IMG/VR virus record: IMGVR_UViG_3300043689_000058
Coordinates: 1-51,538 of that record
Reading direction: 5' to 3' (one strand)
Length of the DNA stretch: 51,538 bases
Origin: a virus
The notes beneath the pieces were generated by a model that did no database searches, was not told the origin of the DNA, and saw nothing but the letters and a program-made list of their open reading frames with translations. The translations under genes and the position numbers were made by a program. Numbering within the stretch: the stretch's first letter is position 1; each line of letters begins with the position of its first letter. Shown here piece by piece: positions 33,879-42,618 of the stretch.

Positions 33879-36254
33879 TCAGTCGTAGGGCAATTCTTCG
33901 GCCGCTTCGCCCGGTTCGCTTCCGTTGGTGGCGGCGTATCCCGGTGGCGGCTGCATCGGGCTGAGCATCCGGTTCTGTTGCGCCACTTCCTGTTGCATGG
34001 CCTGGCGCGGGTTTGTGAAATGCGCGGCGGCTTTGGCCTGGCTGGTCTGGATCTGGGACGCCGTCTTGAGCGCCTGGTTCTGGATTTTGGCCGCAGCCTC
34101 GGCGCGGGCGATCTGCATTTCGTTCTGGCTTTCGTCCATCTTGATCTGCTGCTCGGTCTGAGCGCTTTGCTGCATTCCCTGCATTTTCTGCATGTGTTCT
34201 TGCCCCTGTTGCACGATCGCGTCGATCTGCCGGAATACGTTGGTCAAGCTCCCCAGCCGGGTCCGGAGCGCCTCGAACTGCGAAGCGTGCATCTTGTCCT
34301 GGGCGAGAAGCTGCAGGTGCGCGTTGATGTGAGGGATCATCATCTGGCCGAACATCTGAGTCTTGACCATCGCGGCGATCCCGGAGGTGGCGGGCATCTG
34401 CTCGTAGAGCTGGTTGGCCATCGTGACCATCTGCTCCACGCCAAAAAGGTGAACGTCGGCGTGCACGGCGTGCCTTTGCCCATCCGCGATCGGCCCCGGA
34501 TGCTGACCGGCGTGCGCCAGGCCGTTCTCCACCTGCGCCTCCCACTGGTCGTGAGTCGGGAATTCTTGCTCGGGAAAGTAACGATCGAGGTTTTCGGGTC
34601 CCGCGATGGCGATCACCTCGTCCCTCACCCAGTTATACCTTCCGCTCTCGGGTAACATCCCCAGGTAAGGCATCATCTGCTGAGCCCGCATCTGGCGAAG
34701 CTGCGGCGATCCGTAGCCGGCGGTACGAACCGCGCGGACGAAATCGTAGTTGCGCAGGGCGATCGTCGGGATGCCGTGGTCGTGGCAGCGTTTCTGGAAA
34801 GCTCGCGCCGCTTTGTCCGGGGTGTTCGGATCAGAAGCCCGCAGGTACATCTGCTCGTAAAGCTGGTCTAAATCCAGAAAATGCAACAGCATCTGACCCT
34901 CGCTGATCTGGGTCGTGGTGATGATGTCCTGCTGGACTTGGGTCGCGGTCGGCCGGGTCTGTTGCGCCCCGTACCCAACACCTTTGCGGAATGTTCCGAG
35001 ATTAGACGAAAGGTGCGATGACAGCTCCCTATCTACCGTGATCGCGTCGGTGAGGAATCCGACGATCCGGTTCTGCACGATATCAACATCCGGCGGCAGG
35101 ATGTTGACGGGGCCGAGTTGCATCAACTGCATTTCATCGCGGGCCTTGCTGGTCGAGCACTTTAAATTGATGGCTGTCCCCGCGATCCCCATGTCGAACA
35201 AATGATTTTTTAGACGATTCGTGCACTCCAAATGCTGATATTGTAGACGCCCCAAACCCCTGATCGAATGATAATCGCCGTTACCGACATCGTTTCGGAA
35301 GATAGTCAAGACCTGCTCGGTCGAATCGTAGCGGTTCACCTTCTTGAAAAGGAAGTCTGGTATAAGCGCGTTCTCCGAGAGGATGTAGTGGCTGAGCTTA
35401 CCGCTATATTCCTTGATGAAGAGGTGGTAGACCATCAAGGCTTCGGACGCTACCAACGTCATGTAGATGTCGTTGTTTTTATAGGCTTCCTGCCACTGTT
35501 CCCAGTTGCGCCCGTCCCAGGTCAGCCTGCCGCCAAAGATGTCTTTGCTCGCGAGCATGACCGCTTGCCGCGTCTGCTCGATGTCCCAACCGATTTCCTC
35601 GCTGTATTCTGCGTTCTCGGGCATAGCCCGAAACCAGAGATCCATTGCTTGCATCTCTGTGCGTATAGCGAAGTAGGCCCACTCACTGGGGGTAGCGGCC
35701 CCGTGTTCCGGCACCAGGAGGTCACGGTGGCGCAGAGCTTGGAAGCGCCAGTTATACATGTCCGGCAAAAGGACAGGACCGATCCCGAACTTGCACAATT
35801 CCTGTTGGGCTTTCTGCATCTGGTAGGAGAAATCCGGCCAGGACTTTATAAGCTGGGTAAACTCGCGGGTGATCACCGTGGACCAGAGGTGCTGGTTCGG
35901 CCCCCCTTCGCGAGTCCTGATTTCAGCGTAATGAGGGACGCTTGCGATCAAGGCAAAGTACGGAGTCTTGACGGCCTGAATGTTGCTGTACGCTTCCATG
36001 AAATTCAAGTTTGTCCTCCACCCTTGGCCGAGGGACTTGAGCTTGACCGGGTCGTATGGCTGATTGCCGTCTATCATCCCCTGGACCTTGGCGCGTTCCC
36101 TGGCTCGCAATCGGTCGTTGTCGAGCATCTTCAGACAAATCTGGCGAGCGCTGAAAGCGTCCCGAACACGGGTGTCGGGAATCGTTAGACGGGTCCGTCC
36201 GCTCAGCGGGTCCTGCGTTGAAATGCTCTCAAGGAGCATCGATTCCCAACTCAT
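33879..36254 (-). CDS. portal protein, 791 aa
   Basis: Large gene downstream of TerL, AAGGAAGG Shine-Dalgarno, Gln-rich helical C-terminal extension (barrel-like). Confidence 0.75.
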   Translation of the reverse strand: MSWESMLLESISTQDPLSGRTRLTIPDTRVRDAFSARQICLKMLDNDRLRARERAKVQGMIDGNQPYDPVKLKSLGQGWRTNLNFMEAYSNIQAVKTPYFALIASVPHYAEIRTREGGPNQHLWSTVITREFTQLIKSWPDFSYQMQKAQQELCKFGIGPVLLPDMYNWRFQALRHRDLLVPEHGAATPSEWAYFAIRTEMQAMDLWFRAMPENAEYSEEIGWDIEQTRQAVMLASKDIFGGRLTWDGRNWEQWQEAYKNNDIYMTLVASEALMVYHLFIKEYSGKLSHYILSENALIPDFLFKKVNRYDSTEQVLTIFRNDVGNGDYHSIRGLGRLQYQHLECTNRLKNHLFDMGIAGTAINLKCSTSKARDEMQLMQLGPVNILPPDVDIVQNRIVGFLTDAITVDRELSSHLSSNLGTFRKGVGYGAQQTRPTATQVQQDIITTTQISEGQMLLHFLDLDQLYEQMYLRASDPNTPDKAARAFQKRCHDHGIPTIALRNYDFVRAVRTAGYGSPQLRQMRAQQMMPYLGMLPESGRYNWVRDEVIAIAGPENLDRYFPEQEFPTHDQWEAQVENGLAHAGQHPGPIADGQRHAVHADVHLFGVEQMVTMANQLYEQMPATSGIAAMVKTQMFGQMMIPHINAHLQLLAQDKMHASQFEALRTRLGSLTNVFRQIDAIVQQGQEHMQKMQGMQQSAQTEQQIKMDESQNEMQIARAEAAAKIQNQALKTASQIQTSQAKAAAHFTNPRQAMQQEVAQQNRMLSPMQPPPGYAATNGSEPGEAAEELPYD

Positions 36255-36940
36255 AATTTTGCCTTCCTTAACTCGAGGACTTCTTTCTTTTGCCAGCAGA
36301 AGTCCGGGTAGTTATTGAGCATTTCATCGGACATCCCGCTCGCGACGCTTTCGATGGGGACCCAGACCTTTGCTTGCAACGCGCAGCGACACACACTACA
36401 GGCTTTGAGCCAAAAATCGCTAGACGTTTTTCGGCCCGAGGTCAGCCTGGCGGCAAGATTCTGCAGATGGCCGCAGGCGCCGCAGGCCCCCGAGATCTGG
36501 ACGTTGAAATAGCAGCCGGCGCAGATGGCGGCTCTTCGATCGGCGCTTGCTTGGTCTACGTGCTGTAGACCGGACGAGAGCCAGGAGGCGAGGGTTTGCG
36601 TACCGGAGATCACCTGTTCCCAGGTGACCCGCGAGAACACGTTGCGATCCCGGCCAGGATCCTGATGTTTGCAGAATCCCGGCGGGAGTTGCTGGCAAAG
36701 CTGGTCCTCAACTTCCGCCTCCCAATAGGTGGTCAGCGGCAGGTGGTTGGCGAGGCGATGTTCGCGCACGCTGGCAAAGAGGTTGCCGTAATCCGGGGCG
36801 CGGATCGTGGTCCGGGTTTCGGCCTGGGTGTAGCGAAACCCGTCTGGGGGGACCGTGTTCGGCTCGAGCAACTTTTGCATACGGTTATTTGGTGACCCAG
36901 GCCCAGGTCCATAACGCCCAGAATGACATCCACATCCCAT
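36251..36940 (-). CDS. Cys-rich putative zinc-binding protein (start 36940 or 36880)
   Basis: AAICAGCYFNVQISGACGACGHL ... CSVCRCAL; its stop overlaps the portal ATG (ATGA). Confidence 0.55.
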   Translation of the reverse strand: MGCGCHSGRYGPGPGSPNNRMQKLLEPNTVPPDGFRYTQAETRTTIRAPDYGNLFASVREHRLANHLPLTTYWEAEVEDQLCQQLPPGFCKHQDPGRDRNVFSRVTWEQVISGTQTLASWLSSGLQHVDQASADRRAAICAGCYFNVQISGACGACGHLQNLAARLTSGRKTSSDFWLKACSVCRCALQAKVWVPIESVASGMSDEMLNNYPDFCWQKKEVLELRKAKL

Positions 36941-36965
36941 ACCAGAACCAGTCAATAAACATGTT

Positions 36966-38741
36966 TTAAAATTTATAATCCATGCTTCCTTGCGTGGTGT
37001 AGCACTCCTCCCCGGCAACCATCTCGTCGTAGCGCTGCTGAGTGTCGATCCCCCAGCGGCCGACTTTGATCAGGTCCGGGTTGCCGGCAATGGCACCCAG
37101 GCGCCTGGCCAGCTCGACACAAAAAGCGATGGCGTCCCCGTAATCGGGCGAATGGCGGAAATGTTTGCGGAGCTCTTTTTTGGTTTCCAGCCGGACCCGA
37201 TGATTCATGATCTCCCAGCGCCGGGTGTAAAATTCTTTTAAAGCGCTGTCGGGAAATCCGCGGAGGCACCCGTGCACAGCAAACTCGCGCACAGCGAACC
37301 ACAGCTCGGTGACCACCCGGTCATACTCATCAGAACAAGGTTTTGGGTTGCTGTGCGATATGGGCCGGTCGCTGACTTTCCCGGCTTCCTCGATGCCGAC
37401 GACCGCCCCCCACTCACGGCGAAAAATGGCGAGTAACCCCCCGCCTTCGCCCGAGGAGCCCAGTCCGAATCTGTCCGGGGTAATGTCGAGCATTTCGCAT
37501 AAGTCAACGCACTGCTGCACGAGCTGGTAATGGATTTCATCCTCGGCCTTGATGGAGATTTTGAGTTCAACGGGTTTCAGGAACTCGATCTGCCAGCGGT
37601 AATGATCGTCGGGACCGAGTTCCCCTAGACGGAAAGGCTGAAACACTTTGCGGTCGCCGCCTTCGTAGGAGGGATCGAAACAGGCGCAAGTCAGACACTT
37701 GGTGTACCAGGTGGCGGATTCCTGGCACCGATTGTTGATCACGATCCGCTCATCCAAGACCGTGCGCTTCATCGATATCGGGGGCCAAAACCCGATCGAC
37801 TGGCTCCAAAAGCGAGGGTCCTCCTCGGTCTTGTAATAATCCAAGGCGCTGTTGATTTGCGTTTGGTTGATCAGGAACGGGTATTTTTTTTCGCCGCCTT
37901 CCTCCAGGATTGCCGGGGATTTGCGGCCGTCGAAAAAGACGCAGGTGCCGTTTCCTCTGGCCATTGCGCCTTGAGTTTCCCATTGCCCGTCAGTTTCGGG
38001 GTCGATCGAAACCCAGCCGCGCAACGGCTCGCTGAACCGGCCGTGCGGATCTTCCCGGCTTTCGGCGTTGCCCATCGCCAAAAATTTGAACTCCTGATTT
38101 TTACTCAGGTTATCGCAGGCGCTGAAGACGGCCTCGCGCACACCCGGCGCCTCGTCTACGATGAGAGCAACCCGTCTATTGTGAAACCCAATCAGATTGT
38201 GAATCGCCTCCTCCACTGGGCCGTCTTCGACCGCGATGCCGAATACACCGTTTTTCTTATCCCCAGCCCGCCAGCGGATCAGGTACTCCGAATAGATCGG
38301 TTCACCCTTGGGTCCGGCTTCCGCGGGGATCTTCGAGTGCAGATCCTGTACGTAGTACCAAATCCGCCGCGCCAATGCGCCCTTGGTCGTCGAGGCAAGG
38401 ATTACCGAGGTGTGCGTTGGGTCCTCCATCCAATACTCCAAGGCGAAGGCTGAAGCGGCCATCGATTTGCCGCTGGCCGCGGGGCCGGTCCAGGTGATCC
38501 AGTTGTACTCGCACCAGCTTTTCAGCATCCGATCAATCCAGGGGTGCCAGAGCAAGTCCGCGCCCCAGATTAGTTGGATGGCTTTTTTGCGGTAATAGTA
38601 CCGGCTCTTGTAGAGATGAGCTAAATCGGGAACCGGATCGTGCAAGCCGCAGTAGAGAAGATTCTGGAGAAGTTTTCTCTCCTTACCGAAATGGAAGGGC
38701 CATACCTCCTTGTCATCATGAGCTGGCGGATTCGAGGGCAT
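36966..38741 (-). CDS. terL: terminase large subunit, 591 aa
   Basis: Walker A TGPAASGKS, Walker B RRVALIVDEAPG, size, and position upstream of the portal. Confidence 0.85.
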   Translation of the reverse strand: MPSNPPAHDDKEVWPFHFGKERKLLQNLLYCGLHDPVPDLAHLYKSRYYYRKKAIQLIWGADLLWHPWIDRMLKSWCEYNWITWTGPAASGKSMAASAFALEYWMEDPTHTSVILASTTKGALARRIWYYVQDLHSKIPAEAGPKGEPIYSEYLIRWRAGDKKNGVFGIAVEDGPVEEAIHNLIGFHNRRVALIVDEAPGVREAVFSACDNLSKNQEFKFLAMGNAESREDPHGRFSEPLRGWVSIDPETDGQWETQGAMARGNGTCVFFDGRKSPAILEEGGEKKYPFLINQTQINSALDYYKTEEDPRFWSQSIGFWPPISMKRTVLDERIVINNRCQESATWYTKCLTCACFDPSYEGGDRKVFQPFRLGELGPDDHYRWQIEFLKPVELKISIKAEDEIHYQLVQQCVDLCEMLDITPDRFGLGSSGEGGGLLAIFRREWGAVVGIEEAGKVSDRPISHSNPKPCSDEYDRVVTELWFAVREFAVHGCLRGFPDSALKEFYTRRWEIMNHRVRLETKKELRKHFRHSPDYGDAIAFCVELARRLGAIAGNPDLIKVGRWGIDTQQRYDEMVAGEECYTTQGSMDYKF

Positions 38742-39759
38742 TCTCGCGCTTCTTCTTCCTGAGATATTTCATCCAGTTACTGTGATCGACGATCCCGTTT
38801 CTCATGATGAACCAGGCAATTTTTTCCTTATCCAGGGAATTATTTTCCGCGGATAGGCGGATCATTTCGAGCAACTCGTCTAAATCCGGGGGCTCCTTGT
38901 GCCGGTGGTCTATGACGCGCCCAAACTCCGGGTTGACAACCAATGGTTCTGACTGTGCGAAAACCTCCACCAGAGGCTTGCCTGAGTTCTCGCTTGTGTC
39001 CTTAACAGAATTGAGATGCGTCTGGTGGTGTTCGGCAGACACACCCGTGCCGCCGAGAAGTCTGATGATGGCACCGAACTTGTCGGTGTGAAAAACGACC
39101 GCTTCGGGTTTGACGATTTTTCGGTAGTCTTCCAAGGTTTGAATCTCCTCGTAGCGGTACTCGTGCTGGATCAGGGAGGTAAAATGGCAGCGTTTGAGGA
39201 TCTCCCTGGCTGAGTAGACATCCCACGGCGTCATTCGCGCCTCCAGAAGCTTGGGCGCCAATTTGTAGGCGTCCTCCGGGTAAACGCCGTTGCCCGTCAT
39301 GTGCGGCGGGATGCGGAACCCCTGCGATGTCTGGACATCCACGTAAGCGCCCATGAACGGTTTATTTTCCCGGATGTACTCGCCCGCGATTCGGTCCAGC
39401 CATTCGGGAGAAAGCGGGATGCAATCCGGCTCGATCCACAGAAAAGAACCCTTGATCTTGCCGTGAATCTGAAACCATAGAACCTGCTGAAACACCGTAT
39501 TCGGACCCAGCGGCCAAGCCTCGATCTTGGAATTTTCGTCGAAGCGCCTGACGCTTTTCCAGGCATTGATTTCCTCCTCGGGAAGCAATGTTCCACGTGG
39601 AACAAGTAATATTAAATCGTAGGCTTTGAGCAGTTCCCCTGAGATCTTGGCGGTGTGTTTGAGCCACATCACGCCAAGATCCTCGCCGGTATAGGGGCCG
39701 GGTACACCGGGTTTGATGAACGTGGGATAAGGCCCGAAGGCCATGACGACCTGGAGCAT
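38716..39759 (-). CDS. GT-A-like protein occupying the small-terminase position, 347 aa
   Basis: SFLWIEPDCIPLSPEWLDRIAGEY resembles a GT-A acidic (DxD-like) motif. A helical basic C-terminus overlaps the TerL start by 26 nt. Confidence 0.45.
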   Translation of the reverse strand: MLQVVMAFGPYPTFIKPGVPGPYTGEDLGVMWLKHTAKISGELLKAYDLILLVPRGTLLPEEEINAWKSVRRFDENSKIEAWPLGPNTVFQQVLWFQIHGKIKGSFLWIEPDCIPLSPEWLDRIAGEYIRENKPFMGAYVDVQTSQGFRIPPHMTGNGVYPEDAYKLAPKLLEARMTPWDVYSAREILKRCHFTSLIQHEYRYEEIQTLEDYRKIVKPEAVVFHTDKFGAIIRLLGGTGVSAEHHQTHLNSVKDTSENSGKPLVEVFAQSEPLVVNPEFGRVIDHRHKEPPDLDELLEMIRLSAENNSLDKEKIAWFIMRNGIVDHSNWMKYLRKKKRENALESASS

Positions 39760-39763
39760 AAGA

Positions 39764-40192
39764 TTAGACCGGAGAGGCGACGACGGAGATGTAACCGCCC
39801 TTGATATCGACCTGATCTCCGGGAGCCATCACGGCGCTACGGACAATATGCCCGGATTCCAAAAGTCCCTGGTAAGCGGTGTTGCCTTCGCCGAAGACAA
39901 AAATCGACTGGCCTCGTTCCATCAACCCTCCGCTGGCGCCTTTATCCAGTTCGACAGCCAGGGTGCGTTCGACAGCGATTTCGTGAGCGCAACTGGCGTG
40001 CACATCGACCGTGACAAAGGCCCGGTGAGTCAGCGCCACGCCTCGCTCAACCGGCGAAAACAAGCTCGGGTTGCCGTAGTTTTGCGGATCAGTGATATCG
40101 ATTTGGTGATAGAGAGCGTCTCCGGGTCTGGTCTGCGGAGCGAAATATCCGCACCACATGCCGGAAGCTGAAACGATAGGGGTTTGGTCCAT
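39764..40192 (-). CDS. hypothetical beta-rich protein, 142 aa
   Basis: Clean ORF; no motif confirmed. Confidence 0.55.
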   Translation of the reverse strand: MDQTPIVSASGMWCGYFAPQTRPGDALYHQIDITDPQNYGNPSLFSPVERGVALTHRAFVTVDVHASCAHEIAVERTLAVELDKGASGGLMERGQSIFVFGEGNTAYQGLLESGHIVRSAVMAPGDQVDIKGGYISVVASPV

Positions 40193-40198
40193 AAAGCT

Positions 40199-40402
40199 TT
40201 ATACTTTGCGTGCGAGCTCCTTGCGTTTGGCATTAATCCGGGTCCGCAATTCCATCATCCCGAACGCCGCGTAGAAAGCGTCAATCGGGGTCATGGTGGT
40301 GCGGGCGAAACGTTCCAGAGCAAGCTTTTCGAGTTCCGAAAAACCGCCCTCGTAGTTGGCGATTTCCACTATTTTTGCGTTTTTCTCTTCGTCCTCAGTC
40401 AT
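40199..40402 (-). CDS. hypothetical protein, 67 aa
   Basis: Short helical ORF in the operon. Confidence 0.45.
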   Translation of the reverse strand: MTEDEEKNAKIVEIANYEGGFSELEKLALERFARTTMTPIDAFYAAFGMMELRTRINAKRKELARKV

Positions 40403-40422
40403 TGTTTTAGTCAGTGATTACA

Positions 40423-41196
40423 CTACGGCCCTACCGCATTGTATAGGATCGAATTGATTTTTCGTAACGATCTCGTTTCGGTATCGCCTTGTCTGGGCGC
40501 CTGTGCGGGTGAGGTTGATAAAATCCCTCCGCTGAAAGCCGGAAAGCCGAAAGCGTTTGTACTCGGAATACCGGAGGGTGTGATCGTGACGGTACCGCTT
40601 GCCGAGACAGTGGGAGAGCCGAAGGCGTTCGTGCTCGGGATGCCGCTCGGTCCAAGACCAATCGTCAGGGTCGGGTTACCGAAGGCGTTCGTGCTTGGAA
40701 TGCCGGTAGGGGTTACCGTTTGGGGAGCGCCGCCGCTTGTAACAGTGGCATAAAATCCAAATAGATCATTGCTTAGAGTGCTTCCGGCGGGATAGGTCGA
40801 GGGGAGACTCCCCGTCCATGCCTGGCCCGTGTTGTAGTAGATATTGGCTCCGGCCTGGCCCCCGTCGTAATAACCAGTAATTGTGTTGGTGACTGACGCT
40901 TGTACGGCAATCCAATAAAGGCCGGCTGTAACCGCCGCGCTCATTGAAACAGTAAACCAGCCCGTCACTCCACTGGGAGGCGAACCGGAGCCACTGGCCA
41001 GGAGCGTAAGCGGTATATCGGGGCTTCCCGCTTGATTGGAATAAAGACCCAAAGCCACCAGCGGCGAGCCTGAACTTTGCAGATAAATACTGATACTGTT
41101 GAGTGTACCGCCTGCGGTAACATTGATTTCCTGTGCCCATATCCCATTGATTGGGCTGGCATTGGCACCAGGGGTAACGTAGCCGTAATTAGGCAC
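40423..41196 (-). CDS. fibre-like protein with GIPSTNAFG repeats and C-terminal PRQGD..SLRKINSILY module, 257 aa
   Basis: Three tandem P-[ST]-G-I-P-S-T-N-A-F-G units; the last 24 aa are homologous to the N-terminal modules of the 549-aa fibre. Confidence 0.65.
   Translation of the reverse strand: MPNYGYVTPGANASPINGIWAQEINVTAGGTLNSISIYLQSSGSPLVALGLYSNQAGSPDIPLTLLASGSGSPPSGVTGWFTVSMSAAVTAGLYWIAVQASVTNTITGYYDGGQAGANIYYNTGQAWTGSLPSTYPAGSTLSNDLFGFYATVTSGGAPQTVTPTGIPSTNAFGNPTLTIGLGPSGIPSTNAFGSPTVSASGTVTITPSGIPSTNAFGFPAFSGGILSTSPAQAPRQGDTETRSLRKINSILYNAVGP
40543..40710 (-). repeat. three tandem coding repeats (GIPSTNAFG units)
   Basis: ccgaa(a/g)gcgtt(t/c)gt(a/g)ct(c/t)gg(a/g)at(a/g)ccg recurs about every 60 nt on the + strand. 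Confidence 0.8.
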
Positions 41197-41198
41197 TG

Positions 41199-41612
41199 CT
41201 AGAGCGCGAATATCTTGTTCGCACCCGTGTCCCAGGCAATGGAAATATTGCTGCCGTTGGGCGTGACCGGCAGACCACTGCCGGCGGTCAGAACCGCGAC
41301 CAGAGGCGAGGTCGCGGCAACGCCGGTGTCCTTGTAAAGAACGATCTGGCTAACTGCTGGCCCGGAGGCGACGGAGGCGTAAGTTACACCCGCCCCGTTA
41401 AAGACGCCGCCGGTGACCGAGGGGCTTGTGATCTGTTGCGGCGTCCCGGCATAATTGGCTCCGACAACCGACCAGTATTGATCCCCGCCGGCAGCTGTGT
41501 TTGGCGTATAAGCGCCCGTGACCAGCGCCGCCTTGATGGTATCGGTGGTCAGATTAATTGCGGGTGCGGCACCCAGCAACGACGCCTTAGCAAAAGCGTA
41601 GATGGCGCTCAT
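41199..41612 (-). CDS. virion-associated beta-rich protein, 137 aa
   Basis: Ala/Gly/Thr-rich Ig-like looking sequence, coupled to its neighbours. Confidence 0.5.
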   Translation of the reverse strand: MSAIYAFAKASLLGAAPAINLTTDTIKAALVTGAYTPNTAAGGDQYWSVVGANYAGTPQQITSPSVTGGVFNGAGVTYASVASGPAVSQIVLYKDTGVAATSPLVAVLTAGSGLPVTPNGSNISIAWDTGANKIFAL

Positions 41613-41845
41613 TTTTTGTTACTCTTTCCGATGTCCGGATATTTGGCGTGTACCTTGGCGCGGACAGTTTTCTTTTCAGCCGTCGTGCCATGTTGCGCAA
41701 CTCTCGCGAGGGCGTTCCTCGCGTGACTCTTGTCAGGAATTGGATAAGAGCCAGGTCCTTTGCCTCCTGCTCCTTCGCCTTTGCCTGGGAGAGCGAAACT
41801 TTTGGAGGGAAGTTTCTTTCGTTGTGCGGTGGTGAGTCTGGCCAT
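41609..41845 (-). CDS. small basic protein with YPIPDKSHARNALAR motif, 78 aa
   Basis: Conserved-looking motif I have seen in small phage/bacterial proteins (family name not verifiable here); Lys-rich. Confidence 0.5.
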   Translation of the reverse strand: MARLTTAQRKKLPSKSFALPGKGEGAGGKGPGSYPIPDKSHARNALARVAQHGTTAEKKTVRAKVHAKYPDIGKSNKK

Positions 41846-41850
41846 AATTT

Positions 41851-42066
41851 TTACGCGGGTGGACCCACGGGTCGGGCCGGGTTAGAGGGGTCTAGCGTTT
41901 TGGGCGGTCCCCTTTGCCCAGTTTTTGTTCCTTGCGCTCCTCCGCGCGGGATTCGCGTTTTTCCTCCGCTTTGGAGCCTTCCTTGAGTAGTTTTTTCTTT
42001 GCCATAGAGTGCTTTTGCTCGGAGCGTCGAGCGTTGTCGAGTCGGGATGGATTTGATTTTCGCCAT
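41851..42066 (-). CDS. possible small basic protein, 71 aa (frame uncertain)
   Basis: The ATG overlaps the upstream TAA by 1 nt. An alternative 37-aa frame (MAKKKLLKEGSKAEEKRESRAEERKEQKLGKGDRPKR) also exists. Confidence 0.3.
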   Translation of the reverse strand: MAKIKSIPTRQRSTLRAKALYGKEKTTQGRLQSGGKTRIPRGGAQGTKTGQRGPPKTLDPSNPARPVGPPA

Positions 42067-42275
42067 TACGGTCCTCCGACGATGTAGTAGATCGCGTTGA
42101 TCTTTTTCAAGGACTTCTGCAAGGTATCGCCTTGCTTTGGAGCCAGGGTCGTGAGTCCGCTTCCGGCCGGCGGTGCCGGACTGCCTTTGCTGGTGAAAAG
42201 CAAGCTGTTAACCTTCATCGCAGCGCGATTAGCATTATCGCCGTTGGTCACTCTTCTGAGGACTGGTACGCCCAT
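42066..42275 (-). CDS. 69-aa protein ending in the PKQGD..SLKKINAIYY..GGP module
   Basis: The C-terminal 24 aa are homologous to the module in the 257-aa and 549-aa proteins. Confidence 0.5.
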   Translation of the reverse strand: MGVPVLRRVTNGDNANRAAMKVNSLLFTSKGSPAPPAGSGLTTLAPKQGDTLQKSLKKINAIYYIVGGP

Positions 42276-42279
42276 AGGT

Positions 42280-42618
42280 TCACGCCCATTTCGTGGCGGT
42301 CAGGTTAACTGATTTTCCGGTGTTCGGGCCGCTGTTAGCCGTGACGACCAGCTCGGCGCTGGCGTTCAAGGTAAGCGTCACCACCCCGTTGACGGTTGAG
42401 ATCTGGATCGAGGGAACAATCAGCGCCCCGGTCATGGTGTCGCCGGATTTATGGACGGACAGATCGCCCCAGGCGCCCGATTTGCGTTCGTAAACGCCCC
42501 CGTCAGTCGGTGCGTCGGCGATCCCGGTTCCGGACAGCGTGGTGACCCATCTGCCGTTCTGCCGCGCGTACAACTGACCGTCTAAAGGGGCCTCGTCTGC
42601 TGTCGAACCAGGAAGCAT
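42280..42618 (-). CDS. mini tail-fibre-like protein with two foldon-like motifs, 112 aa
   Basis: [18 protein letters not shown] and [18 protein letters not shown] resemble the T4 fibritin foldon [26 protein letters not shown] is a common fibre motif. Confidence 0.6.
   Translation of the reverse strand: [112 protein letters not shown]

Noticed and set aside
33544-34545. 333-aa Arg/Gly/Asp-rich ORF on the - strand
   Set aside because: About two thirds of it overlaps the portal gene in another frame and has a junk-like, Arg-dominated composition typical of GC-rich off-frames. Only the last 108 aa (from ATG 33870, after the portal stop) are kept as a gene.
39764-40192. 142-aa protein as a dUTPase/dCTP-deaminase-like or GroES-like protein
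   Set aside because: The superficial beta-rich resemblance (GDQVDIKGGY) is not accompanied by any of the five dUTPase motifs or the GroES mobile loop. Left as hypothetical.
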